From an uncultured delta proteobacterium (GTDB lineage: Bacteria; Desulfobacterota; Zymogenia; Zymogenales; Zymogenaceae): 64,000 bases of DNA. The notes beneath the pieces are model-generated. The model saw only the letters and a program-made list of their open reading frames with translations. It was not told the origin of the DNA and made no database searches. Position 1 is the first letter of the stretch; the number at the start of each line of letters is the position of its first letter. Both the position numbers and the translations under genes were made by a program. The DNA lies in assembly GCA_963735595.1 (NCBI GenBank), contig CAVTLK010000004.1:288001-352000 (forward strand), in the 5' to 3' direction. Positions 1 through 9,962 of the stretch are shown here, in pieces.

Positions 1-64
1 CGGAGAAGCGCCAACCGGCGCATTACCCGCTGTCACCGGCGCCCGCAGCCGCGGCCGATTCGTC

Positions 65-349
65 CTATTCGTCCCCGTCCGGCTCCGGGCTGGCGTCCTC
101 GTCCCGTGGCGGGGCGGCGGCCGGCATGTCCGTGTACCTGTTTCTTCTCAGCAGCGCGTTGGAGATGAGGTATATCACCAGCTGGACCATGGCTAAAAAG
201 AGCAATAGGGCCAGCAAGAGGAAGCCGGCCAGGGCCAGATTTTCCGTCAACCGGCCGGAAATCATCAGCACCACGAATACGCCGCCCGTTAAAAAGGCGA
301 CGGACAGAAACGTCACGATATAAAATCTCTCTCTGTTTAACGGGCTCAT
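65..349 (-). CDS. Small two-TM membrane protein, unknown function
   Basis: 94-aa ORF with two hydrophobic helices and an acidic tail; GAAGG-like RBS upstream. Confidence 0.55.
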   Translation of the reverse strand: MSPLNRERFYIVTFLSVAFLTGGVFVVLMISGRLTENLALAGFLLLALLLFLAMVQLVIYLISNALLRRNRYTDMPAAAPPRDEDASPEPDGDE

Positions 350-476
350 CGGAAAACCTTCTTCTCATGGAGGATAAAATCGCCGACTCGCGCGATAGTG
401 TATGTGAAAGGGCCGTGAGAGTCAAATATAAACGTGGGGCGCGGGCGGCGAAGAGACCGATGCGGCAGTCTATAAC

Positions 477-882
477 GGCCTCGCAATGACGGCGAAGTGA
501 CGTAAACGGAGGACGGGCACGACATGTCGTGCCCCTACGGATTCAAACGGGTAACGTCCATAACACCCGTAGGGGTCGCATATATGCGACCCGTCCGATA
601 CGATGATCTTACACCGGGCGGGTGTTTGCCACGTCGCCTTCGGCTCCTCGCGATGACGGGTCAGGTTCCCGGAGTTAGTCAGGGGATTGCCACGTCGGCC
701 CCGCAGGGCCTCCTCGCAATGACGGAGAAGTGCAATCCCAACCCGCCACGCCCTTCACTAAGACGGGCACGACGTGTCGTGCCCCTACAAATTCTAACAC
801 GGTACGTCCTTAACACCCGTAGGGACACCACATGTGGTGTCCGTCCGATCCCGCCCACGGGCAACCTGTCGGTTCGCCCGTG
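477..882. repeat. REP-like palindromic repeat cluster
   Basis: CTCGCAATGAC units, GGGCACGAC..GTCGTGCCCCTAC twice, GTAGGGGTCGCATATATGCGACC, CACGGGCAACC..GGTTCGCCCGTG; same families recur elsewhere in the window. Confidence 0.8.
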
Positions 883-898
883 CCCCCCTCTTTTCCCC

Positions 899-928
899 TT
901 GACATTGCTGCGTTTTTCGTGGTATCAA
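899..928 (+). promoter_or_regulatory. Sigma70-type promoter for the ileS operon
   Basis: TTGACA-18 nt-TATCAA with an extended -10 TG. Confidence 0.55.
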
Positions 929-990
929 ATTACATTTATTTCCTTTGAAAAATCAAGGAGATATGAGAACGCGTGCACCCGGAGACAACG

Positions 991-3778
991 ATGGACTATA
1001 AAGAAACGCTCAACCTTCCCAAGACCGAATTCCCCATGAAGGCCGACCTCACCAGGCGGGAGCCGATGTTCCTTGACCGCTGGACCGAGATGGGCCTCTA
1101 CGACCAGATCAAGAAGGCCTCGGAGGGCCGCGAAAAATACATCCTGCACGACGGGCCGCCGTATGCCAACGGGCACATACACCTGGGCACGGCGCTCAAC
1201 AAGATCCTCAAAGACATCATCGTCAAGTCCCGCTTCAAGATGGGGTTCGACAGCTACTACGTGCCGGGGTGGGACTGCCACGGCCTTCCCATCGAGCACC
1301 AGGTGGATAAGGAGCTGGGGGCGGCCAAGGCCACGATGAGCAAGACCGACATCCGGCGCAAGTGCCGCGCCTTTGCCGAGCAGTTCATCGACATCCAGCG
1401 CGCGGAGTTCATCCGGCTGGGCGTGCTCGGCGAGTGGTTTGACCCCTACCTGACGATGGCCTACGACTACGAGGCGACCATCGTGCGCGAGCTTGCGAAG
1501 TTCGCGCTCTCGGGCGCGGTCTACCGCGGCAAGAAGCCGGTCTACTGGTGCTCGACCTGCGTGACGGCGCTGGCCGAGGCCGAGGTGGAATACCACGACC
1601 ACGTGTCCCCCTCGATCTACGTCAAGTTCCCGATGATCGACGACCTCTCGGCAGACTTCCCGGCGCTCAAGGGGAAATCCGTATATGTCGTCATCTGGAC
1701 CACGACCCCCTGGACGATCCCGGCAAACCTCGCCGTGGCGCTCTCCCCCGAATATACCTACGTCGCCGCCGAAGTGAAGGGCGGCGAAGTCTACATCCTG
1801 GCCGAGGACCTGGCCGACCGCGTGCTGCATTCCTTCGGGATGGGCGACTACACGGTCCTGGCGACGTTTTCCGGCAAAGCGCTCGAAGGCAAAAAGGCGA
1901 AGCACCCGATCTACGACCGTCCGTCGGTCGGGATACTGGCAGATTACGTGACGCTGGAGGCCGGCACCGGCATCGTCCATACCGCGCCCGGCCACGGCCA
2001 GGAGGACTACGAGTCCGGCCTGAAATACGGCCTTGAGATCTACGCCCCGGTGGACGACCACGGCAAGTTCACCGACGACGTGGAGTTTTTCGCGGGGAAG
2101 TTCGTCTTCGACACCAACGGCGAGGTGATCAAGAAGCTCGACGACCTGGGCATGCTGCTCTTGAAGAGCGACTATTCCCACCAGTACCCGAGCTGTTGGC
2201 GCTGCAAGAACCCGATCGTCTTCCGCTCCACGCCGCAGTGGTTCATCTCGATGGAGACCAACGACCTGCGCAAGAACGCGATGGCCGAGATCGACCGGGT
2301 GCGCTGGATACCCAAGTGGGGGCGGGAGCGCATCTCCGGGATGATCGAGAACCGGCCCGACTGGTGCATCAGCCGGCAGCGCTCGTGGGGCGTGCCGATA
2401 ACCTTCTTTTATTGCGCCTCCTGCGGCAAGGAGATCATCGACGCACAGAGCCTGGAGCGCGTCGCCGAATTCGTCGCCAAGGAAGGCGCCGACGCCTGGT
2501 TTGACCGCTCCGTGAAAGAGCTCGCCGCGCCGGGGCTGACCTGCCCCGCCTGCAAGGGGACGGAGTTCACCAAGGAAGAGGACATCCTCGACGTCTGGTT
2601 TGACTCCGGCGTGAGCTACGCCGCGGTCTGCGAAAAGCGCCCGGGCCTCAAGGCGCTGCCCGACATGTACCTCGAGGGCAGCGACCAGCACCGCGGGTGG
2701 TTTCACTCGTCGCTGCTGGCGTCGGTCGGGACACGGGGGCACGCGCCCTACAAGGAGGTCCTCACGCACGGGTTCCTCGTGGACGGCGAGGGCAAGAAGA
2801 TGAGCAAATCCCTGGGCAACTTCATCGCCCCCGAGGAGGTCATCGACAAGTTCGGGGCCGAGGTGCTGCGCCTCTGGGTGAGCGCCGAGGACTACCGGGA
2901 CGACATCCGCATATCCCAGGAGATCCTCCAGCGGCAGTCCGAGGCCTACCGGCGCATCAGGAACACGGCGCGGTTCATCCTGGGTAATCTGTATGATTTC
3001 GACCCGAAAAAGGACCTCGTTGCGGCGGCCGACATGCCCGAGATCGACCGGTATATCCTCATCAAGTTCACGAAGCTGGCCAAGCGGATCGTCGAGGCCT
3101 ACACGGCCTTCGAGTTTCACGCCATCTACCACAGCATCCACAACTTCTGCACGGTGACGCTGTCTGCCTTCTACCTCGATATCCTCAAGGACCGGCTCTA
3201 CACCGAGCCCGCGGGATCGGCCAAGCGCCGGGCGGCCCAGAGCGCGATGTTCATCATCCTCTCCGGCATGACCCGGCTCATGGCGCCGATCCTCTCGTTT
3301 ACCGCAGACGAGATCTGGGAGATGCTGCCGGGCGACGGCAAAGAGGCCAGTGTCCATCTGGCGGCATTCCCGCCGGTCGACGATTCGCTGTTGGACGACG
3401 GCTTAGAGGCCGCGTGGGACAAGCTCATCGAGGTCAGGGAGCAGGTGCAGAAGACGCTGGAGGAGGCGCGGCGGGGCAAGGTCATCGGGCATTCGCTGGA
3501 CGCCGTGGTGACGCTCGCGCGCGAAGGGCAAGGAGAAAGACCTGCTGGCGAAATACGCGGACCAGCTGTCCGATATCTTTATCGTCTCCAAGGTCGTGCT
3601 GGCCGATACCGCGCCCGCGGGGGCGACGGCAAGCGAGACGGTCCCGGGGCTTTCCGTGGCCGTGGCCAAGGCGGCGGGCGCCAAGTGCCCCCGCTGCTGG
3701 AACTATACCGAGGATATCGGCACGGACGCCGCCCATCCCGAGGTCTGCGGGTCGTGCGCGGGAAATTTGAAAGGTTGA
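991..3778 (+). CDS. ileS: Isoleucine--tRNA ligase (one frameshift at ~3520)
   Basis: [12 protein letters not shown] (HIGH-like), [14 protein letters not shown]-terminal CPRCW..CGSC zinc finger continues in another frame (3596..3778) after a GCGCGCG tract. Confidence 0.97.
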
Positions 3779-3814
3779 AAGGCTGAGGGCCGAAGGCCCG
3801 TAGGAGCAAACCGG

Positions 3815-4333
3815 ATGAAGAGTGCGTTGGCAAAATATCTCCTGTTCGGGGTGGTGAACCTCGTTATCGTGGCGTCCGACCAGTGGACCAAGCTTATCGT
3901 CGAGCGGCATATGTTCCTCAACGAGTTCATCACGATCGTCCCGAACTTCTTCGACATCCGCTACATCAGGAACACCGGGGCCGCCTTCGGGCTGATGGCG
4001 CGCCTGCCGGACGGCGCGCGACTGCCGTTTTTAGTCGGCGTGTCGCTGGTGGCCATCGGGATGATCTTCTTTCTCTTCGTGAAGGCCGAAAAGGAGCGGG
4101 TGGCATATCTCTTATCACTCTCGCTGGTCTTCGCCGGGGCGATCGGAAACCTGGTCGACCGGGTCATGTTCGGCGAGGTGCGGGACTTCCTGCACATGCA
4201 CATCTATAACCTCTCCTGGCCGATATTCAACATCGCCGATTCGGCCATCACCGTGGGCATCGTGCTGCTGTCGTGGCAGCTACTCATCGTCGAGCCGAGG
4301 CTCGAAAAACTGCGGGAGGGGAAGGCCGCCTGA
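3815..4333 (+). CDS. lspA: Lipoprotein signal peptidase II
   Basis: DQWTK, NTGAAFG, GNLVDR, VRDF, FNIAD motifs; follows ileS. Confidence 0.96.
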   Translation: MKSALAKYLLFGVVNLVIVASDQWTKLIVERHMFLNEFITIVPNFFDIRYIRNTGAAFGLMARLPDGARLPFLVGVSLVAIGMIFFLFVKAEKERVAYLLSLSLVFAGAIGNLVDRVMFGEVRDFLHMHIYNLSWPIFNIADSAITVGIVLLSWQLLIVEPRLEKLREGKAA

Positions 4334-5181
4334 TGCATCCAATCCTTTATTCATTCGGCGGGGTCACGCTCTATACGTACGGCATGATGCTCTCGATCGG
4401 GTTTCTCACGGGCTTCGCGCTGTTTCTCTTCGACCTGAAGCGGCGGTCGCTCTCGGTCGACACGGGTATCGACCTCGCCTTCTGGGTGCTGCTGTCGTCC
4501 ATCGCGGGGTCGCGGCTGGTCTACGTCCTGTTGAACCTCTCCTATTTCGGGAAGAACCCGGTGAAGATATTCATGCTCTGGGAGGGGGGGCTGGTCTGGT
4601 ACGGGGCCTTTTTGGGGGCGCTGGCGGCCGTCGTCATATACTTTCGCGTAAAGAAACTGGACGGCTGGCTCTGGGCGGATATCGCCATCCCCTACGTGGC
4701 GCTGGGCCAGGCCATCGGGCGGATCGGCTGCTTCATGGCGGGCTGCTGCTACGGCATGCCCACGGACCTGCCGTGGGGGGTCACGTTTACCCAGTCGGAG
4801 ATCGCGCCCCTCGGCGTTGCGCTGCACCCCACCCAGCTCTACGAGATGCTCTTTAACCTTATAATATTTGCGGTCCTCTTTTTCAGGAGAAACCGGGTCT
4901 CGTTCCGGGGCGAGCAGTTCCTCTCGTACCTCTTTCTCTACGGCGCGGCGCGCGGCATCGTCGAGATCTTCCGGGGCGACCCGCGGGGGTTCTGGCTCTG
5001 GGGTACGGTCAGCACGTCCCAGCTCATCGGCGCGGCGATGATGGCGGCCGGGATTGTCCTTTACTTCAGGATTCGGGTGAAAAACCGGATCAGTCCCGCG
5101 GATGCGGTCCCGGCGGCCGGGCGGGGCGTCCCCGCGAAGGGCGCGGGGAAGAATTCTCCCAAAAAGAGCGATAGGAGTTGA
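4333..5181 (+). CDS. lgt: Prolipoprotein diacylglyceryl transferase
   Basis: MHPIL start overlapping the lspA stop; WEGGLVWYG, GRIGCFMAGCCYG, HPTQLYE. Confidence 0.95.
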   Translation: MHPILYSFGGVTLYTYGMMLSIGFLTGFALFLFDLKRRSLSVDTGIDLAFWVLLSSIAGSRLVYVLLNLSYFGKNPVKIFMLWEGGLVWYGAFLGALAAVVIYFRVKKLDGWLWADIAIPYVALGQAIGRIGCFMAGCCYGMPTDLPWGVTFTQSEIAPLGVALHPTQLYEMLFNLIIFAVLFFRRNRVSFRGEQFLSYLFLYGAARGIVEIFRGDPRGFWLWGTVSTSQLIGAAMMAAGIVLYFRIRVKNRISPADAVPAAGRGVPAKGAGKNSPKKSDRS

Positions 5182-5183
5182 TC

Positions 5184-5690
5184 ATGGCGCACGGGAAAAA
5201 ATTCATGGAAGTCCTCTTCCCGCCCTACCGGCTCACCGACGAGGTCCCCTTCGGGTTCTGGTACGTCGGGTTTTTCGGCATGGTGGCGGCGTTCTTCAAC
5301 CTCTCGATCAATTTCTTTTCCCACCTCTCGGTCGCCCTGGGCAGCTTTACCGGCACCCTTGCGCTGTCCGGCATACCGCGCGACCCGACGGGGCTGGATA
5401 TCACGCTCTCGATCGTGTTCGCGCTCTACTACCTGGTCAGCGCGCCGCTGTTCGTCCGGCTATCGTCGGCCTACTGGAACTTCAAGCCGAAGGCGAAACA
5501 AAGGCTCCTGATCCTGGTCTCGATAGACGTCTTCATCTTCTGCCTCTACAACGTCCTCTTCTTCACGGGGATCTACCTCTACCGGAACCACTACCTGATG
5601 CCCAAGCTCCCCTTGTACGCGGTGCTGGCGGCGGTCGCCGTCTATTTTTTGATGGGGAAGTCGGACGAGGAGGCCAAAAAGGCCGTGTAG
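5184..5690 (+). CDS. Hypothetical 4-TM membrane protein
   Basis: Hydrophobic ORF with AGGAG RBS, adjacent to lgt. Confidence 0.65.
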   Translation: MAHGKKFMEVLFPPYRLTDEVPFGFWYVGFFGMVAAFFNLSINFFSHLSVALGSFTGTLALSGIPRDPTGLDITLSIVFALYYLVSAPLFVRLSSAYWNFKPKAKQRLLILVSIDVFIFCLYNVLFFTGIYLYRNHYLMPKLPLYAVLAAVAVYFLMGKSDEEAKKAV

Positions 5691-6405
5691 GGGTAGGGAT
5701 ACTACGTATCACCCGTACGTGTATCTAACACGGTACGGTTTAGCACCCGTAGGGGCGGCAACTCTCAACCCTGTCGCCATTGGCGACGATTATTATTGTC
5801 ATTGCGAGCCCACGAAGTGGGCGTGGCAAACACCGCCCGTTTTGAGTTTACCTCACTTCACCGTCATTGCGGGGGCCCGAAAGGGGGCGCGGCAAACAGC
5901 GCCCGTTTTGCGTTTACGCCACTTCACCGTCATTGCGAGCGGCCGTTCTACACTTCGGCTGTCATTGCGAGGAGCGTAGCGACGTGGCAATCCCCTCACT
6001 GTCACCGTAGACCGATCGCGTCATTGCGACGGCGCGGCAGCGCCCGTGGCAAACACCGCCCGTTTTGCGTTTACCTCACTTCACCGTCATTGCGGGGGCC
6101 CAAAGGGGGCGCGGCAAATCACCCCCCGAAGCGATGGGTGCCACCGACAAGCAAGGCTTGTCGGTGTCCCTCCCGGCACGGGCAACCTGGCGGTTAGCCC
6201 GTGGCACCCGGCCCGCCGGTTTATACTCTTGATTCCACCGTCATTGCGAGCCGCCGCCCGACACTTCGGCTGTCATTGCGAGGAGGCCCGAGCGGGCCGA
6301 CGTGGCAATCCCCTGACTACGTCCCGTAAACGCCGTTAAACCGCACGTCTTTCCTCCGTTGTATGGGGATTGCTTCGGTCGTTTCACTCCCTCGCAATGA
6401 CGGTT
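5688..6405. repeat. Large REP-like mosaic array
   Basis: About ten GTCATTGCG(AG) units, three ~60-70 bp GGCAAACA(C/G)CGCCCGTTTTG..CACTTCACCGTCATTGCG copies, CACCGACAAGC..GCTTGTCGGTG and CACGGGCAACC..GGTTAGCCCGTG palindromes. Confidence 0.85.
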
Positions 6406-6464
6406 GGAACGCCGTATCCCTCCCTTTCCTCCCCTCCCTTCCATTCATAAATTCGTTATCGCCC

Positions 6465-6500
6465 CCCGCCCTGCCGTACGATGGTCGGGCGGGTTTTTTT
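6465..6500 (+). terminator. Intrinsic terminator-like hairpin directly before the CHC2 gene
   Basis: CCCGCCC..GGGCGGG stem followed by T7. Confidence 0.5.
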
Positions 6501-6516
6501 ATTTTGGGGGACGACT

Positions 6517-7113
6517 ATGACGTTTGATTCGCGTCGGGGTGGATACGTCTCGTTTGCCGCCGTCAAGGCGGCGACCGGCCTCACCGACCTGGTGCTCGAA
6601 TGCGGCGTGGAGATAAGCCGGTCGGGGATGGCGCTCTGCCCCTTCCACGACGACTGGCGGCCGTCGCTCTCGATCCGGGGGGAGCGCTGGCACTGCTTCG
6701 GGTGCGGAGCGCACGGGGACGTGTTTGACTGGTGCGAGCGCTTCCACCGGATGGACACGGGCGGGGCGCTCCGGTACCTGGCGGCGCGGGCCGGGTTCGC
6801 GCGCGTTTCGTCCGGGGGGGCGGCGGCCCCCGTGCCCACGCCGGAGGAGGCGGCCGCGCGAAGGCGGAGGGAGCTGCGGGACCGCTTCTTTTCGTGGATG
6901 CACGACGGGCGGGGCAAAAACGCCGAGCTCATCCGGCGGCTGGATAGCATCATCGGCGCTTTAATCAAGACGCCGGAGGACCTCGCCACGGAGACGGCGG
7001 AGTATCTGTATGACAAACGGACGCGGGCCGAGGGGGCAAAGGAGACGCTGTGGGACCGGGACTGGGAGGTGCTGGCGGAATACTATCGGGAGGAGACGAT
7101 TGGCAAAGTATAG
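6517..7113 (+). CDS. CHC2 zinc-finger protein (primase zinc-binding domain, no TOPRIM)
   Basis: CPFHDDWRPSL..WHCFGCGAHGDVFD..ALRYLA matches zf-CHC2. Confidence 0.88.
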   Translation: MTFDSRRGGYVSFAAVKAATGLTDLVLECGVEISRSGMALCPFHDDWRPSLSIRGERWHCFGCGAHGDVFDWCERFHRMDTGGALRYLAARAGFARVSSGGAAAPVPTPEEAAARRRRELRDRFFSWMHDGRGKNAELIRRLDSIIGALIKTPEDLATETAEYLYDKRTRAEGAKETLWDRDWEVLAEYYREETIGKV

Positions 7114-8263
7114 GAACCCCTACGGGGATATCGACGTGCGGTTAGAGGTGATCGAGGTGGAGCGGGAGGAGCGGGCGGCGATTGATCATAAACGGCAGGA
7201 ACACGCTGCCGTTGTGTATGAACGGCGGGAGGAGCGGGAGGCGATAGAGAGCGAAGGGGGCGACGCGATCGACGGGCTGATCTCCGCGGACGCGATCCTT
7301 TCGACGGCCTGGCCGGAGCCGCGGTGGGCGGTGCCCGGGCTGCTGCCGGCGGGGCTGACCATCTGCGGGGGCAGGCCCAAGGTCGGCAAGAGCTGGCTGG
7401 GCCTCCAGCTGGCGCTGGCGGTGGCCGGCGGCGGGCAGGTGCTGGACACGCGGGCCAAGGAGGGCAGGGTGCTCGTCCTTGCGCTGGAGGACCCGCCCCG
7501 GAGGCTGAAGGAGCGGATGGACAGGCAGCGCTGGCCCCGGGGCCTGCCGGTGGAAGTCCTGCCGCTGGGCAAATTCCAGGAAAAGGTCGGGGACCTGGGC
7601 CGGGGCGGGGCCGGGCGGCTCGCCGACCAGATGGAGCGCGGGCAGTACCGGCTCGTGGTGATCGATACGTTTTCCCGCGCGTTTGCCGGCGACCAGAACG
7701 ACCACGTGGAGATGACGACGGCGCTCTCCCCCATCCAGGAGATCGCCCAGACGCTCAACACGGCGGTGCTGATCATCGACCATTTGCGCAAAGGCGTGGG
7801 GGGCGACGCGGACGCGGTGGTGGACCTGCTGGGCTCCACGGCGAAAGCGGCACTGTGCGACGCGGTGATGGGGCTCTACCGGGAGCGGGGCAAGACGGCG
7901 GCGCGGCTCCTGGTGACCGGGCGGGATATCGAGGAGCGAAGCCTCGCGCTCACGATGGACTGGCAGACGGGGCTGTGGCGGTGCGAGGGCAGGGCCGACG
8001 CGCTGGAGCTTGCCGGCCGGCAGGCCGAGATCGTGGCGGTGATCCGGGAGATGGGAAATGTAGGAATTATGGAGATTTCAGCCGCCGTCGGCCTTAACAG
8101 GGGCGTCGTCTACCGGACGTGCGCCGAGCTATGCGAGACGGGCGTGCTCGTTAAGGGCGGGACCCGCAGCAGCGGTGTACGGTATACGCTTGCGGATGAT
8201 CCACGGGAAGAGATAGAGGGTGATATAGATACGGGATACGGCGGGTATGCCCTGAAACAGTGA
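7100..8263 (+). CDS. AAA_25/RepA-type (RecA-fold) helicase with C-terminal winged helix
   Basis: TTG start after GGAGGA; WAVPGLLP, Walker A GRPKVGKS, ALED, Walker B LVVIDT, IIDH, LLGS, GRD. Confidence 0.85.
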   Translation: MAKYRNPYGDIDVRLEVIEVEREERAAIDHKRQEHAAVVYERREEREAIESEGGDAIDGLISADAILSTAWPEPRWAVPGLLPAGLTICGGRPKVGKSWLGLQLALAVAGGGQVLDTRAKEGRVLVLALEDPPRRLKERMDRQRWPRGLPVEVLPLGKFQEKVGDLGRGGAGRLADQMERGQYRLVVIDTFSRAFAGDQNDHVEMTTALSPIQEIAQTLNTAVLIIDHLRKGVGGDADAVVDLLGSTAKAALCDAVMGLYRERGKTAARLLVTGRDIEERSLALTMDWQTGLWRCEGRADALELAGRQAEIVAVIREMGNVGIMEISAAVGLNRGVVYRTCAELCETGVLVKGGTRSSGVRYTLADDPREEIEGDIDTGYGGYALKQ

Positions 8264-8417
8264 AACAGTGAAACAGTGAAACAGCGAAACAACCCTGTAT
8301 ATAAGTAGTGGGAGGTGTGTGGGGGGGGTGTTTCACCAGTTTCATCCTTCAAGGGGTCTCTGAAACAACGTAAGTATATAGTATCGTTATAAATACGGAG
8401 TTGTTTCAGTTGTTTCA
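8253..8417. repeat. Iteron-like TGAAACAG array with inverted copies (putative ori)
   Basis: TGAAACAG x4 plus CGAAACAA at 8253-8292; TGTTTCA at ~8329, 8402 and 8411; TGAAACAA at 8361; AT-rich spacer. Confidence 0.7.
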
Positions 8418-8480
8418 GGTTTATATGCCGGGCCGCATGTATGCCGCCCGTCTTGAGGCTTGTACGTGGCAATAAATAGT

Positions 8481-8726
8481 GTGACCTCTTCCGAACCGCA
8501 CAGGGCCCGGATCGTCGAGGCGCTCGGGCGGATGGGGCCTTCCAGGATCGTGGAGATCGCCGGGGCGGCGGGGATGAGCAACGGGGCCGCCTTCCGGTAC
8601 TGCTACGGGATGTACGAGAAGGGCATCCTCTCGCGGATGACAAACGGCAACGCGCCGGTGCGGTATTGCCTTGCCGACGGCGGTGATTATGGTCATTGCG
8701 AGGAGGGCGTAGCCCGACGTGGCTAA
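8481..8726 (+). CDS. Small winged-helix protein, paralogous to the helicase C-terminus
   Basis: RIVEALGRMG..IVEIA..AG...G..FRYC....EKGIL...VRY.LAD; 3' end runs into a REP unit. Confidence 0.65.
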   Translation: MTSSEPHRARIVEALGRMGPSRIVEIAGAAGMSNGAAFRYCYGMYEKGILSRMTNGNAPVRYCLADGGDYGHCEEGVARRG

Positions 8727-8830
8727 GCCTAGCAATGTCGCCTCCGGCGACGATTGCTATTGTCATTGCGAGGAGCAAAGCGACGTGGCAACCTACTGTT
8801 ACCGAGAACGCCCCCCCGTCATTGCGAGGG
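8677..8830. repeat. REP-like cluster
   Basis: Three GTCATTGCGAGG units. Confidence 0.75.
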
Positions 8831-9077
8831 CGTTAAACGGAAAACCGAAACGTTTCCCTCGGTGAATAAGGGTCAAACGGGGATTTGGCCCCCTTTCTTG
8901 TTGACCCCCTTTCTTGCTTGGCCTCTTTTATCGACTTTAGTGGTATCGGTCAAAAAAGGCTTAAATGATAATAGATAGTACAGTATTTGTTGCTGGATTT
9001 TCGATCAGTTTTAAGATATAGTCTAGATGCAAGACTAAAAGGCGTTAGCGATATTCACATCAGTTTTCAAGCCGGCC

Positions 9078-9962
9078 ATGAAAAGCACTCAAGCGACATT
9101 TCCAATACAATCATCAAACGCGATTGACCTTAACGATGACGCGTGTCGTATTCTAGTCGGCGATTCGCTTAAGATACTCGGAGAGTTCCCTGACAAAGTG
9201 TTCCAATGTTGTATTACATCTCCACCATATTGGGGTCTTCGGGATTACGGTATTGAAGGGCAGGTTGGCGCCGAGATGGATGTTAATGATTACATCGGGC
9301 ACCTGGTAAAAGTATTCCAAGAAGTTAGGCGAACACTTCGGAATGACGGCACGCTCTGGCTGAATATAGGCGATTCATACACAAGTGGGGGGCGGACTTG
9401 GAGACAGAAAGATTCAAAGAATAAAGGCCGCCAGATGGATTACAGGCCTCCGACGCCAAGAGGGTTGAAACCTAAGGACTTAATTGGCGTTCCATGGAAA
9501 ATTGCTTTCGCCCTTCAAGAAGACGGTTGGTATCTTAGGTCTGATATCATTTGGTATAAGCCGAACTGTCAACCTGAATCTGTCAAGGATCGTCCGACCC
9601 GAGCACACGAATATCTATTCTTGTTTTCAAAGACGGAAAAAGGGTATGTATATAATTATGAGGCTATTCTAGAGTCTACTAAAGAAGGAAATGGTAAGAA
9701 GAACCGAAGGACTGTTTGGGCCATAAATACCAACGGGTTCAAGGGCGACCACTTCGCGGTGTTCCCTCCTTCCCTTGTCGAGCCGTGTATGCTGGCAGGT
9801 TCAAATGAAGGCTCCACAGTTTTAGACCCCTTTTTTGGAACGGGAACTGTTGGCGAAGTAGCAATAAGAAAGAAACGAAAGTGCGTAGGCGTTGAGCTTA
9901 AGCCCGAATATGCCGAAATAGCTATAAAAAGATTGAAATCAGCAACACCGGAATTATTCTGA
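9078..9962 (+). CDS. Beta-class N4-cytosine DNA methyltransferase, M.SmaI/M.Cfr9I-like
   Basis: TSPPYWGLRDYG catalytic motif N-terminal, VLDPFFGTGT SAM motif C-terminal; low GC. Confidence 0.92.
   Translation: MKSTQATFPIQSSNAIDLNDDACRILVGDSLKILGEFPDKVFQCCITSPPYWGLRDYGIEGQVGAEMDVNDYIGHLVKVFQEVRRTLRNDGTLWLNIGDSYTSGGRTWRQKDSKNKGRQMDYRPPTPRGLKPKDLIGVPWKIAFALQEDGWYLRSDIIWYKPNCQPESVKDRPTRAHEYLFLFSKTEKGYVYNYEAILESTKEGNGKKNRRTVWAINTNGFKGDHFAVFPPSLVEPCMLAGSNEGSTVLDPFFGTGTVGEVAIRKKRKCVGVELKPEYAEIAIKRLKSATPELF

Noticed and set aside
1..23. Gene start on the minus strand running off the left edge (MRRLALL)
   Set aside because: Too little sequence to support a call.
524..1039. ORFs inside repeat clusters (also 5719..6444 and 11008..11403)
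   Set aside because: Translations of palindromic repeats (HCE/SLR/LAMT peptides); no family motifs.
925..3357. Long antisense and alternate-frame ORFs (810 aa here; also 33600..35252, 15365..17041, 23452..24618)
   Set aside because: Shadow ORFs caused by high GC3 on the opposite strand of well-supported genes.
3510..3530. Programmed frameshift in ileS
   Set aside because: No slippery heptamer; lies in a GC dinucleotide run and fits the window-wide indel pattern.
5688..6405. CRISPR array
   Set aside because: Units are degenerate, palindromic and irregularly spaced, the intervening sequences are themselves repeats, and no cas genes are present.
9019..9037. TAGTCT-N7-AGACTA inverted repeat upstream of the MTase as a C-box
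   Set aside because: Orientation is opposite to the GACT..AGTC C-box and no controller gene is visible; may be chance.
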